Source of the DNA: an uncultured Actinomycetota bacterium
GTDB taxonomy: Bacteria; Actinomycetota; Actinomycetes; Actinomycetales; Microbacteriaceae
Reading direction: 5' to 3'
DNA length: 64,000 bases
Assembly (NCBI GenBank): GCA_963830655.1
Contig: CAWHND010000011.1
Span: forward strand, 28,505-92,504
Shown here: piece by piece, positions 31,324-41,863 of the stretch
Numbering within the stretch: the stretch's first letter is position 1
Layout: each line of letters opens with the position of its first letter
Position numbers and translations under genes: made by a program
Notes under the pieces: generated by a model
Database searches by the model: none
What the model saw: the letters and a program-made list of their open reading frames with translations, nothing else
What the model was told of the DNA's origin: nothing

Positions 31324-34300
31324 ATGTCGACCGACGAGCTGCAGATCAGCTATCCGCCAGATCTGCCGGTCAGTCAGGTCCGCGGCGAGATCGCCGAGCA
31401 GATCCGCGACCACCAGGTCGTCATCGTCGCCGGCGAGACCGGGTCGGGCAAGACCACGCAGCTGCCCAAGATCGCCCTGGAGCTCGGCCGCACCAGCATC
31501 GCCCACACCCAGCCGCGCAGGATCGCCGCCCGCACCATCGCCGAGCGGATCGCCGATGAGCTGGACGTCGAGCTCGGCACCCTCGTCGGCTACCAGGTCC
31601 GGTTCACCGACAAGGCCGGCGAGTCCACCCGGATCAAGCTGATGACGGACGGGATCCTGCTCAACGAGCTCACCCGCGACCCGCTGCTGCGTCGCTACGA
31701 CACGATCATCATCGACGAGGCGCACGAGCGCAGCCTCACCATCGACTTCCTGATCGGCTACCTCCGCCAGCTGCTGCCGAAGCGCCCGGATCTGAAGGTG
31801 ATCATCACCTCGGCGACGATCGACCCGGGCAGCTTCGCAGCGCACTTCGCCGCATCCGACGGCACGCCGGCGCCCATCGTCGAGGTATCCGGACGCACCT
31901 TCCCGGTCGAGATCCGCTACCGCCCGCTGGCGCCCGACAAGGATCCGGACAGCGACGCGCCGTCGCGCCGGAGCCACGACGACCTGCTCGAGGCGATCGG
32001 CGCCGCTCTCGACGAGCTGGCCGGGCAGGCGCCCGGCGACGTCCTCGTCTTCCTGTCCGGCGAGAACGAGATCCGCGATGCGCAGGACGCGCTCAGCGGC
32101 CGGAGCGGCACCGAGATCGTGCCGCTGTACGGCAGGCTCTCCGCCGCCGACCAGCATCGGGTGTTCGAGACGAAGCGGACGCCGGGAGTCCGCCGTCGGG
32201 TGGTGCTCGCCACCAACGTCGCCGAGACGAGCCTCACGGTCCCCGGCATCAAGTACGTGATCGATGCGGGCACCGCACGGATCTCACGCTACGGCGTACG
32301 GTCCAAGGTGCAGCGCCTGCCGATCGAGCCGATCTCGCAGGCCTCCGCCAACCAGCGAGCGGGCCGCGCAGGTCGCACCAGCGACGGCATCGCCATCCGC
32401 CTCTACAGCGAGGACGATTACAGCAGGCGGCCCGCGTTCACCGATCCCGAGATCCTGCGCACCGGCCTCGCCGCGGTCATCCTGCAGATGCTCACCCTGG
32501 GGCTCGGCGATATGGCGGACTTCCCGTTCCTCCAGCCGCCCGACGCTCGCGGCATCAAGGACGGCTTCGAGCTGCTCCGCGAGATCGGCGCCGTCACGGC
32601 TGCCGGCTCCGTCACCAAGACAGGACGGGACCTGTCACGCCTGCCGCTCGATCCGCGCTTCGGCCGGATGGTCGTCGAATCAAAGAAGCACGGCGTCTCA
32701 CGCGAGGTGCTGGCGATCGTCTCGGGCCTCAGCATCCAGGACCCGCGGGAGCGCCCGCTCGAGCGCCGAGCCCAGGCGGACGAGAAGCACGCCAGGTTCG
32801 CCGACCCGACGAGCGACTTCCTCTCCATACTCAACCTCTGGAATCACCTCGAGGAGAAGCAGAAGGAGCTGTCCTCGAGCGCATTCCGCCGGCTCTGCAA
32901 GGCCGAGTACCTCAACTACCTGCGGGTGCGCGAGTGGGCGGATGTCTACAGCCAGCTGCGCAGGACTGCGAAGCCGCTCGGCCTCACGATCGGCGAGCCG
33001 AAGGCCGACCCCGACGGCGTTCATCGCTCGGTCTTGGCAGGTCTGCTGTCCCAGCTCGGCGTGCTCGACGAGCGCACCGCTCCCCCGCGAGGAGCGAGCG
33101 CGCGCACGCCCGGCGGCAAGCCGCCGCCCGGGCGTCGGCCCAGCGCCGAGTACATCGGCGCGCGTCAGGTGAAGTTCGCGGTGTTCCCCGGATCCGCGCT
33201 CGCCAAGAAGGCTCCGACCGCGGTCATGGCCGCCGAGCTGGTCGAGACCTCGCGGCTCTTCGCTCGCACGGTCGCGGCGATCGATCCGGCCTGGGCCGAA
33301 CAGCTGGCCGGCGATCTGGTGAAGCGATCGACCAGCGAGCCGCACTGGGAGGCCAAGCAGGGAGCGGCCGTCGGCTGGGAGCGGGTGACCTTGTATGGAG
33401 TCCCGCTCGTCGCCCGCCGCCGCATCCAGTGGACGAGGATCGACCGCGGCTTCTCGCGCGAGCTGTTCATCCGGCACGCGCTCGTCGACGGCGAATGGCC
33501 GCCGCATCTCGACCGCAGCCGCGACCGCGCCTTCGACTTCGAACGCGCCAACCTGCGGCTTCGACGCGAGCTGGAAGCGCTCGAGGAGCGATCCCGTCGG
33601 CGAGACATCCTCGCCGACGACGAGGCGCTCGTCGACTTCTTCGACGAACGGATCCCGGATAGCGTCGCCACCGTCCGCGAGTTCGAGACCTGGTGGGCGC
33701 ACGCGCGCACGCGCACCCCGAATCTGCTCACCCTGCGCTCTGCCGACCTGCTCGACGAACCCGCGCAGCAGGACACGACCGCGTATCCCGCGGAATGGCG
33801 GCAGCAGGACCAGACGCTCAAGCTGCGCTATCGCTTCGAACCGGGCAGTGACGATGACGGCGTGACCATCCAGGTCCCCCTCGCGGTCCTCCCCCAGCTC
33901 GAGCCGACCGGCTTCGACTGGCAGGTCACGGGATTCCGGGCAGAACTCGTCACAGCGCTGATCCGGACCCTGCCCAAGGCCATCCGTCGCACGGTGGTTC
34001 CCGCCGCCGACTGGGCCGAGCGGCTGCTCGCCGAGCTGCCGACCGAACCGGATGGGGAGCTTCTCGTCGACCGCCTGGCCGCCGCGATCCGACGCAGCAC
34101 GGGCGCGGTGGTCTCCGGCAGCGACTTCGAGCTGGAGCGTGTGCCCCCGCATCTGCGGCCGACGTTCGCGGTGATCGATGACAACGGCCGCCGGGTAGGG
34201 GGCGGCAAGGAACTGACCAGCCTGAAGCTGCAGTTCGCCGAAGCCGCTCGAGACAGCGTCGCCCGAGTGTTCCGCAGCACGTCAACGCCGACCACGAGGG

Positions 34301-35241
34301 CGGCCGCAGGCGGCTCAGTGCCCTCCGCCCCCACCGCACCGGGTGCCGCTGCTCCGGGCAGCGCCTCGGCGCTCGAGCGAGATGGGTTAGCCGCCTGGGA
34401 CTTCGAGAGCCTCCCCCAAAGCGTCGACGTAGAACGGAGGGGCGGTCGGATCCGCGCATATCCCGCGCTCGTGGATACCGGCGCGTCGGTGGCCATCCGG
34501 CTGGAGAGCTCCCCCGAGTCTCAAGCGGCTGCGCATCGAGTCGGCATCCGGCGGCTGCTCGGTCTCGCCGTCCCATCCCCCGTCTCGTATCTGCAGGAGC
34601 ACCTGACCTCAGCCGAGAAGCTCACCCTCGCCGCGAGCCCCTACCGGAGCGCACGCGAGCTCATCGATGACGCATTCGCTGCCGTGCTCGACGATCGGAT
34701 CAGACGCCATTCGGCAGACGGCCTGGTGTGGACCCGGGCCGACTTCGAGACGGTCCGCGACGATGTCTCCGCGCACGTGGTGGATGACCTCTTCGCCGCT
34801 GTCGCCCTCGTGGCGACGATCCTCACCGCCGCGCGCGGCGTGGAGAGCGCGATCCGCGGAGCCACCACCCTGGCGCTGATCGGACCGCTCGGAGACGTGC
34901 GCGAGCAGCTCGGCGGCCTGGTCTTCCCGGGATTCATCAGCACCGTCGGCCTCAATCGCCTGCCGCGGCTTCCCGTGTATCTGACCGGGATGACACACCG
35001 CGTGCAGAAGCTGCTGGAGAACCCCGGTCGCGACCGGGTCTGGCAGAACGAGGTGCGCACCGCGCAGGATCGCTACCTCGCCGCGGGCGGCACGATCCCG
35101 CTGACGCAGGACGCGGATCGCCGACTGATCGAACCCCGGTGGATGCTCGAGGAGCTGCGGCTCAGCCTCTTCGCCCAGCAGCTTCGCACGACGGGCCCCG
35201 TCTCGCTGCAGCGGATCCTCAAGGCCCTTCCGCCGGTCTGA
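31324..35241 (+). CDS. hrpA: ATP-dependent RNA helicase HrpA
   Basis: GETGSGKTTQ, DEAH, SAT, QRAGRAGR, WMLEELRLSLFAQ. Confidence 0.96.
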   Translation: MSTDELQISYPPDLPVSQVRGEIAEQIRDHQVVIVAGETGSGKTTQLPKIALELGRTSIAHTQPRRIAARTIAERIADELDVELGTLVGYQVRFTDKAGESTRIKLMTDGILLNELTRDPLLRRYDTIIIDEAHERSLTIDFLIGYLRQLLPKRPDLKVIITSATIDPGSFAAHFAASDGTPAPIVEVSGRTFPVEIRYRPLAPDKDPDSDAPSRRSHDDLLEAIGAALDELAGQAPGDVLVFLSGENEIRDAQDALSGRSGTEIVPLYGRLSAADQHRVFETKRTPGVRRRVVLATNVAETSLTVPGIKYVIDAGTARISRYGVRSKVQRLPIEPISQASANQRAGRAGRTSDGIAIRLYSEDDYSRRPAFTDPEILRTGLAAVILQMLTLGLGDMADFPFLQPPDARGIKDGFELLREIGAVTAAGSVTKTGRDLSRLPLDPRFGRMVVESKKHGVSREVLAIVSGLSIQDPRERPLERRAQADEKHARFADPTSDFLSILNLWNHLEEKQKELSSSAFRRLCKAEYLNYLRVREWADVYSQLRRTAKPLGLTIGEPKADPDGVHRSVLAGLLSQLGVLDERTAPPRGASARTPGGKPPPGRRPSAEYIGARQVKFAVFPGSALAKKAPTAVMAAELVETSRLFARTVAAIDPAWAEQLAGDLVKRSTSEPHWEAKQGAAVGWERVTLYGVPLVARRRIQWTRIDRGFSRELFIRHALVDGEWPPHLDRSRDRAFDFERANLRLRRELEALEERSRRRDILADDEALVDFFDERIPDSVATVREFETWWAHARTRTPNLLTLRSADLLDEPAQQDTTAYPAEWRQQDQTLKLRYRFEPGSDDDGVTIQVPLAVLPQLEPTGFDWQVTGFRAELVTALIRTLPKAIRRTVVPAADWAERLLAELPTEPDGELLVDRLAAAIRRSTGAVVSGSDFELERVPPHLRPTFAVIDDNGRRVGGGKELTSLKLQFAEAARDSVARVFRSTSTPTTRAAAGGSVPSAPTAPGAAAPGSASALERDGLAAWDFESLPQSVDVERRGGRIRAYPALVDTGASVAIRLESSPESQAAAHRVGIRRLLGLAVPSPVSYLQEHLTSAEKLTLAASPYRSARELIDDAFAAVLDDRIRRHSADGLVWTRADFETVRDDVSAHVVDDLFAAVALVATILTAARGVESAIRGATTLALIGPLGDVREQLGGLVFPGFISTVGLNRLPRLPVYLTGMTHRVQKLLENPGRDRVWQNEVRTAQDRYLAAGGTIPLTQDADRRLIEPRWMLEELRLSLFAQQLRTTGPVSLQRILKALPPV

Positions 35242-35255
35242 CCCATCAGCCGCGG

Positions 35256-35405
35256 CAGGGCTTCGACACGCGCCTCCGGCGCGGCTCAGCCACCGAAAAA
35301 GTCGATACCCACACCGATGGCTGAGCCGGGCGCCCCGCGCCCGCGTCGAAGCCCACCCACACCAACAGGGCTTCGACACGCGCCTCCGGCGCGGCTCAGC
35401 CACCG
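35256..35405. repeat. Alternating REP-like triplet (BIME-like)
   Basis: Identical 40-bp copies at 35256-35295 and 35366-35405, inverted variant at 35315-35354. Confidence 0.88.
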
Positions 35406-35414
35406 GACGGAGAA

Positions 35415-35936
35415 CTATGCCGCGGCGAGGATCTTGCGCAGGGTTCGCAGATTGCGGGTCGTGACCACGTCGGTCTTCTGCCGCTTCGCGAGCAGCTTGC
35501 CGAACGGCGAGTCGAGGGTGTGTCCCTTCGCCACCGACCAGAAGAGCACCTCACCCACGCGCTCGAGCCGATCCGCCTCGTCGGATGGGGCCGCTTCGGC
35601 GAGGTCGTCGAGCACCCGGGGCGTCGAGCCGAACACGACGTACGGCTGCTGATCGTCGGACTCCTCGAACGGAAACGCGTCGACAGCGGCTTGGATCACA
35701 TCGATCGGGACCACGATGACGCGCGCCGAGTAGCCGAAGCGCTCCGACAGGAGCTGCTCGAGCGCGGTCGTCACGTCGGTCGACGAGCCGGGGCTGTCGA
35801 AGACGGCATTGCCGGAGGCGAGGACTGTGCGCACGTCCCCGTGACCGGCCGATTCGAGGGCGCTGCGCAGATCGGCCATGGCGATCCGGTTTCCGGAGCC
35901 CACGTTGATCCCTCGGAGAAGCGCTGCGTATCGCAC
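35415..35936 (-). CDS. DUF1697 family protein
   Basis: YAALLRGINVG, SGNAVF, TTRNLRT. Confidence 0.9.
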   Translation of the reverse strand: MRYAALLRGINVGSGNRIAMADLRSALESAGHGDVRTVLASGNAVFDSPGSSTDVTTALEQLLSERFGYSARVIVVPIDVIQAAVDAFPFEESDDQQPYVVFGSTPRVLDDLAEAAPSDEADRLERVGEVLFWSVAKGHTLDSPFGKLLAKRQKTDVVTTRNLRTLRKILAAA

Positions 35937-36002
35937 TGCCCCACGATGGCACGATGCCCGCCGCCGGACCAGCGACGGGCATCGAGCATGATGAGACGAC
36001 GT

Positions 36003-37510
36003 CTAGTGGCTCATCGCCATGTCGGGAGCGTTCACGGGACGCTTCACGAACATTCCGGTGACGATCGCAACCATCGAGATGCAGGCGCCGACGATGAATG
36101 CGTAGTGCGTGCCCGCCGCGGCCTGCGCCGCCGCGTCACCGCCATCGAGCCTGACACCAGAGCCGGCGATCGACAGGACAGTGACGAACAGCGCTGCACC
36201 GGCCGCGCCCGCCACCTGCTGGACCGTGCCGATGATGGCGCTTCCGTGGGAGTACAGGTGCGGCTCGACGGATCCGAGCCCTGAGGTGAAGAGGGGCGTG
36301 AACGTGAATGCGAGTCCCGCGCTGAGGAGCAGGTAGACCGCACCGATGTACAGCGGGGACGCCGCGTCGCCGGCGAAGGCCAGCAGCCAGAGGGATCCGC
36401 TGACTGCGATAGTGCCGGGCAGCAGCAGGGGCTTGGGGCCGAAGCGGTCGAACAGCCGCCCGACGATGGGTCCGAGCACTCCCATCAGCAGCGCCGCCCG
36501 GCAGCACCAGCAGACCGGTGACGAGCGGCTCGAGGCCGAGGGCGCTCTGCAGGTAGATGGGCAGCAGGATGATGGTGCCGAAGAGCGCGCTCATGCTGAT
36601 GGCCATCGTGATGACGGTGGCGGTGAAGGTGCGTGAGCGGAACGTGCGCAGATCGAGCAGAGCGCGGTCGCGCCGTTCGAGGCGCTTCTGCCGAAGCACG
36701 AATCCAGCGAGTGCGAGCGCTCCGACGACGGCGGGCACCCAGGCCGGAAGGGCTGCCTCGTCAGCCGATCCGCCCAGCGACGACAGCCCGTAGACCAGGC
36801 CGCCGAAGCCGAGAATGGCGAGCGGGATAGACACGATGTCGATCGGGGCGGCCGTGCGGTCGCCGATGCTGACGACCAGGATCAGTCCGAGGATGAGAGT
36901 CGCCACCGCGATGGGCAGCACGATCCAGAAGATGAAGCGCCAGCTCAGCGAATTGAGGATGAGCCCGGAGATCGTCGGGCCGACGGCCGGCGCGACGGAG
37001 ATCACGATGGAGATGTTGCCCATCATCCGGCCGCGGCTGGACGGCGGAACCAGCGTCATCACCGTGGTCATGAGCAGCGGCAGCATGATGGCCGTTCCGC
37101 TGGCCTGCACCACCCGGGCGAGCAGGAGCACGGGGAACCCCGGCGCGAGTGCCGCGATGAGCGTTCCTGCGCTGAACAGCGACATGGCGACCCCGAAGAG
37201 GACCCGAGTCGGGAAACCTCTGGATGAGGTATCCGCTGATCGGGATGACCACGGCCATCGTGAGCAGGAACGCCGTCGTCAGCCACTGGCCGACGCTGGC
37301 TTCGATGCCGAGGTCCTGCATGACGCGAGGAAGGGCGACGCCCATGATCGTCTCGTTGAGGATGACCACGAAGGTCGCGACAAGCAGCAGGCTGATGAGT
37401 GTGCGCGACCGCGCGCTGAGGCGGCCGTCAGACGCGCCCAGATCCGCGTCGTTCGCCGCACTCTGGGCGGCCGCGGCGCCGGTCCGGGTCTCGGGGATGG
37501 TTTCGGTCAT
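36003..37510 (-). CDS. DHA2 (LmrB-like) MFS efflux transporter (frameshifted)
   Basis: FVVILNETIM, QWLTTAFLL, APAVGPTISG. Confidence 0.9.
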
Positions 37511-37714
37511 GCAGGGCATCCGATCGTTTCGAGAAGGAACGCGAAATGAACGCCGGAACTTCATCGACCGACTCGTCAAGCGTATGGCTGGCCACCGACA
37601 TCCGTCAGGGCGTTGTCGGCTCACCGCACAGTGAGCCCTTCAAGTCGGCAACAGCGAGAAGGGGCGCCGCATTCCCGGAATCCGGATCTTCAGCGCCCCT
37701 CATCTCCAGTCGAG

Positions 37715-38706
37715 CTACGCGCGGGCGGTGGCCTGCGCGTTGACCTCGTACGAGGTGTTGGTCGACTCGAAGAAGTTGACCAGCTGGAGCGTGTCGTTGG
37801 CGGTCGCCATCCACTTCGCCGGGTTCGAGACGTTGTACTCGGGGTCGAAGCCGAGCTCCTCGAGGCGACGATCGGCCAGGTACTTCACGTACTGGTTGAT
37901 GTAGTTCGCGTTGAGGCCGAGGATGCCCCCGGGCAGCAGGTCGTGGTTGTACTGCTCCTCCATGGCGACGGCGTCGGTGATCATCTTCTTGATCTCCGCG
38001 GCGAACTCCTCGGTCTGCAGATCCTCGTTCTCTTCGAGCACGGTGAGGATGAGGTTGATCCCGAACTTGAGGTGCAGGCTCTCGTCGCGCACGATCCAGT
38101 CGACGAGCGAGCCGAAGTTGCGCAGCAGGTTCCGCTGGCGGAACGACAGCGCCACCATGAAGCCCGAGTAGAACCAGATGCCCTCGAGGATGATGTTGTA
38201 GGCGACGAGGTTGCGGACGAAGTCCTTCTTGCCCGCGGTCGTCGAGATGTCGAGCTGCTGCTCGGTCATGCGGCGGATGAAGCCGACCTCGAACTCCTCC
38301 TTCGCCGCGCATCGACGGCACGTCGACGTGGGAGGTGTAGGCCTCTTCGCGGTCGATCGGGAAGGTCTCGAGGACGTACTCGAAGGACATGCAGTGGTTG
38401 GCCTCCTCCCACATCTGCTTCGCGAGGTAGAGGTGCGCCTCGGGAGCGTTGATGTAGGGGTAGACGCCGAACGCGAGCGCCTTGTTCACGAGCAGCTCGC
38501 TCGGGTTGAAGTAGCTCATCAGGAACGTGATCGCGTGACGCTCCTCATCGGTCATCCGCTTGAAGTCGGCGATGTCCTCGCCGAGCTGGATCTCGTTCGG
38601 GAACCAGGTGTTCGGCCACTGCCTGCTCGTAGAGGTCCATCGCCCACTTGTAGCGGACGGGCTTGAGGAGGAGTCCTTCTTGAATGCCTGTGCCGAGGAT
38701 GCCCAT
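37715..38706 (-). CDS. nrdB: Ribonucleotide reductase small subunit with class Ic signature (frameshifted)
   Basis: FNPSELLV, EEANHCMSF, LEGIWFYSGF, DESLH, NFFE. Confidence 0.92.
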
Positions 38707-38861
38707 GATGTCTGCTCGTTTCTGGTCTGGGGTGGTCCGCGCCGCTCGATCAGCCGCGCTCCGGGTCGTTCCGGGTGAAGTCTGTGCCCCGTCTTCTGGA
38801 CTACTCCCCCTACCTGGTTCAACGCCCAGGGAGGCGGGATAGTTCCGGTCTACGGGGTCGA

Positions 38862-38899
38862 GGAACGCCCCGCGCGAAGACACTCGCGCGGGGCGTTCC
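38862..38899. terminator. Strong hairpin between nrdA and nrdB
   Basis: ggaacgccccgcgcga-agacac-tcgcgcggggcgttcc. Confidence 0.7.
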
Positions 38900-38905
38900 G
38901 GTTGC

Positions 38906-41398
38906 TACGGCGTTCTCCTTGCTGACGCCGCCGAAGCCGAAGCCGCGACGGGCGGGAGCGGTCGCGACCGGGGCGGGCGCCGCCGAGGACGACGTGTTCC
39001 CGGTGGGAGCCGCCGAGCCGAAGCCGCGCTTCTGGCCGTCGCCGATTCCCTCGGACTTGTTCACCTTGACCGTGGACTGCTCGGCCGTGTGACGCGGCTT
39101 CATGTGCAGGTAGTAGGTCGTCTTCACGCCGCGCTCCCACGCCGCGAAGTAGATGTCCATCATGTCGCCGAGGTCACGCGTCTCGAGGTACATGTTGCGG
39201 CTGATCGCCTGGTCGATCCACTTCTGCGCGCGGGCAGCGACCTCGAGGAACGCGTACGGCGAGAGCTGGAAGCTCGTCTTGTAGACGGCCTTGACCCGGT
39301 CGGGGATCGCGTCGATGCTCTGGATGTCTCCCTGGCTGCGCAGGATGGGCTCCCGCACGCGCTCCCAGAGCCCGAGGCCTCTGGAGATCGCTGACCAGGT
39401 TGCGGTTGACCTCGAGGAACTTGCCCGACGAGGTCGAGCGGCTGAAGATCTGCGAGAACTGCGGGTCGAGGCCGGGCGTGGTGCCGGCGACGAGACCGAT
39501 GGACGCCGTCGGCGCGATCGCCATCAGGGTGGCGTTGCGCATGCCGCCCTTGACCTTCTCGCGCAGCGCGTCCCAGTCGAGGCGCGTGGTGCGGTTCACC
39601 TTGATGGGAGTTCCGCGGTCGGCCTCGGTGAGCGCGATCGAGTCGAGCGGGACCATGCCCTGCGACCAGCGCGAGCCCGGGAAGTTGGCGTAGGCGCCGC
39701 GGCTCTGCGCGAGGTCGGCCGACTCGTCGATCGCCGCGTAGGAGACGTGCTCCATGATCTCGTCGATCAGGTCGTAGGCCGCCTCGCTCTCGTAGGAGAT
39801 GCCGAGCTTCTCCACGACGTCGGTGAAGCCCATGACGCCGAGGCCGATCGCGCGGTTCTGCTGGTTGGAGAAGTCCGCCTCGTTCACGCTCGAGAGCGTG
39901 ATGTCGATGAGGTTGTCCAGCTGGCGGACGGCCAGTCGGGCGCTGCGGTCGACCTGCGCCCAGTCGAATCCGAGCGTGCCGTCTTCGGCCTCGATGAGGT
40001 GGCGGGACAGGTTGATCGAGGCCAGGTTGCAGACCGAGACGTTGTCGCGGTCCTGCGGGAGGCAGATCTCGGTGCAGAGGTTGGAGAGGTGGATCGTGCC
40101 CGTGTTGTTGTTGAGCGCGCGGTTGTTGATCGTGTCCTTCCAGGTCAGCCACGGGTGGCTGGTGGTCTGCAGGGCGACGAGGATCGACTTGAACTGCTCG
40201 CGGGCCTTGATCCGCTTGAACATGTGCATCTCGCCGGCCTCGGCCTTGGCGACGTACTCCTCGTAGCGGGCGCTGAACGCCTTGCCGTAGAGCTCGCCGA
40301 GGTCCTGGACCTCGAGCGGGTCGAAGAGGAACCAGTCGTCGTCGTTCTGGACGCGCTTCATGAACTCGTCCGAGATCCAGACGGCCGTGTTGGCGGTGCG
40401 GGTGCGGCGGTACGGGTCGCCGGAGTTGGCCCGAAGGTCGAGGAACTCGGGGAAGTCGAGGTGCCAGTTCTCCATGTAGAAGCAGAGGGCGCCGAACTTC
40501 TTGCCGCCGCGGCTGACGGCCCGGAGGATCGAGTCGATCGTGTGCATGAACGGGATCGGGCCCGTCGAGGTGGTGTTGTTCGAGCGGATGGGCGAGCCCT
40601 GCGCACGCAGCTTGCTGACTGACAGGCCGATGCCGCCGGTGCCCTTGGTGAGCCACATGACATCGCGGGTGGTCTTCGCGATGTGCTCGATGTCGTCCTG
40701 CATCTCCATGACGAAGCAGTTGGACAGCTGCGGGAACTTGGTGCCCGCGTTGACGAGGGTGCTGCCGGCGGCCAGGTAGTCGAGGCGGCTCATGCTCTCG
40801 TAGAACTCGATGGCCGCCGAGGTGGCGTCGGCCTCGTTGAGCGAGAGGCCCATGGCGATGCGCATCCAGAAGTACTGGGGCACCTCGAGCGGGTCGTTGT
40901 TGCGGGCCTTGATGCCGTAGCGGTTGTTGAGCGTGACGACGCCGATGTACTTGAGCAGCTCGTCGTGGGCCGGGATCGAGGGCGGCGCGCAGCGCGGTCG
41001 AGGTCGAACAGGTCGGTGAGGCGCGGGTCGAGGAGGTCCTCGGCGACGCCGCGCTCGACGTATCCGCGGAACTTCTCCGCGTGCAGCGCCTTCAGCTCTT
41101 CGGCGGTCTCGTAGTCGCCGAGCACGCGCTTGTAGATGGTCTTCAGCAGCAGACGGGCGGCGACGGTGTCGAAGGCCGGGTCGTCCTTGACGTTCTGCAG
41201 TGCGACCTGGATGACGGCCTCGTCGAGCTGCTGGGTGGTGATGCCGTCGAAGAGCGTGAGCTCGAGCTCTGAGGCGATCTGGGTGACCCAGGTGATGTTC
41301 TCGTCGAGCCCGGCGCTCGCACGCTCGATCGCGAGGTTGATCTTGTTGGCGTCATAGGGCTCGCGGCCCCCGTTGCGCTTCACGACGGTTATTGCCAT
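38906..41398 (-). CDS. nrdA: Ribonucleotide reductase large subunit with ATP cone (frameshifted; 3' end approximate)
   Basis: VVKRNG ATP cone, SNCF, SNLCTEI, VCNLAS, APTASI, KTTYYL. Confidence 0.95.
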
Positions 41399-41710
41399 GG
41401 TGCCTCCAAAAGACGGGTCGACGGAACGACCTCGGACGGCTCCCCCACGAAGCCGTTGCGATGCTGACGGTGATGCTGACGGTGCTGCTGAAGATGTAGC
41501 TGACGGCGATGCGCCCGCACTCGATTCACGAGTGCGAATCCTCCACGATGCTGCTCAGCCGGTTTTCCATCCGGCTGCCTGTTCAAGACTCGTCTCCGGA
41601 TGCCGGGCCACCCGAAGGCCGGCACCCGGAAGACGATTCCGATCGATCGAACACCTGGGCATTCCGAGCCACCCGAAGACCGGAAGACCGTGCGGTGGTT
41701 CGACCAGGAA

Positions 41711-41758
41711 TCACTATATATGGGGTCTGATCCATTTCCATCCCCCTAGGTGTAGTGG
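41711..41758. promoter_or_regulatory. Tandem NrdR boxes
   Basis: tcactatatatggggt (41711-41726) and cccctaggtgtagtgg (41743-41758), 32-bp spacing, upstream of nrdA. Confidence 0.8.
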
Positions 41759-41774
41759 CGTGTCGTGCACATCG

Positions 41775-41802
41775 TGTGCATAACCAGCCGGATTTATCCA
41801 CA
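41775..41802. promoter_or_regulatory. Two oppositely oriented DnaA boxes
   Basis: TGTGCATAA (41775-41783) and perfect TTATCCACA (41794-41802). Confidence 0.7.
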
Positions 41803-41863
41803 CGTTAGGCCACACCCCAGACACTTGCTGGCCCCTAGACTTCAGAGGCTGTGAGTAGGTCCT

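Noticed and set aside
30855-31325. Repeat-containing proteins predicted over the 77-bp array
   Set aside because: The period is not a multiple of 3, so these ORFs are by-products of a non-coding repeat.
41400-41700. Cobalamin riboswitch upstream of nrdA, as in Streptomyces
   Set aside because: The conserved B12-box and GGGAA core elements are not recognisable on the minus strand.
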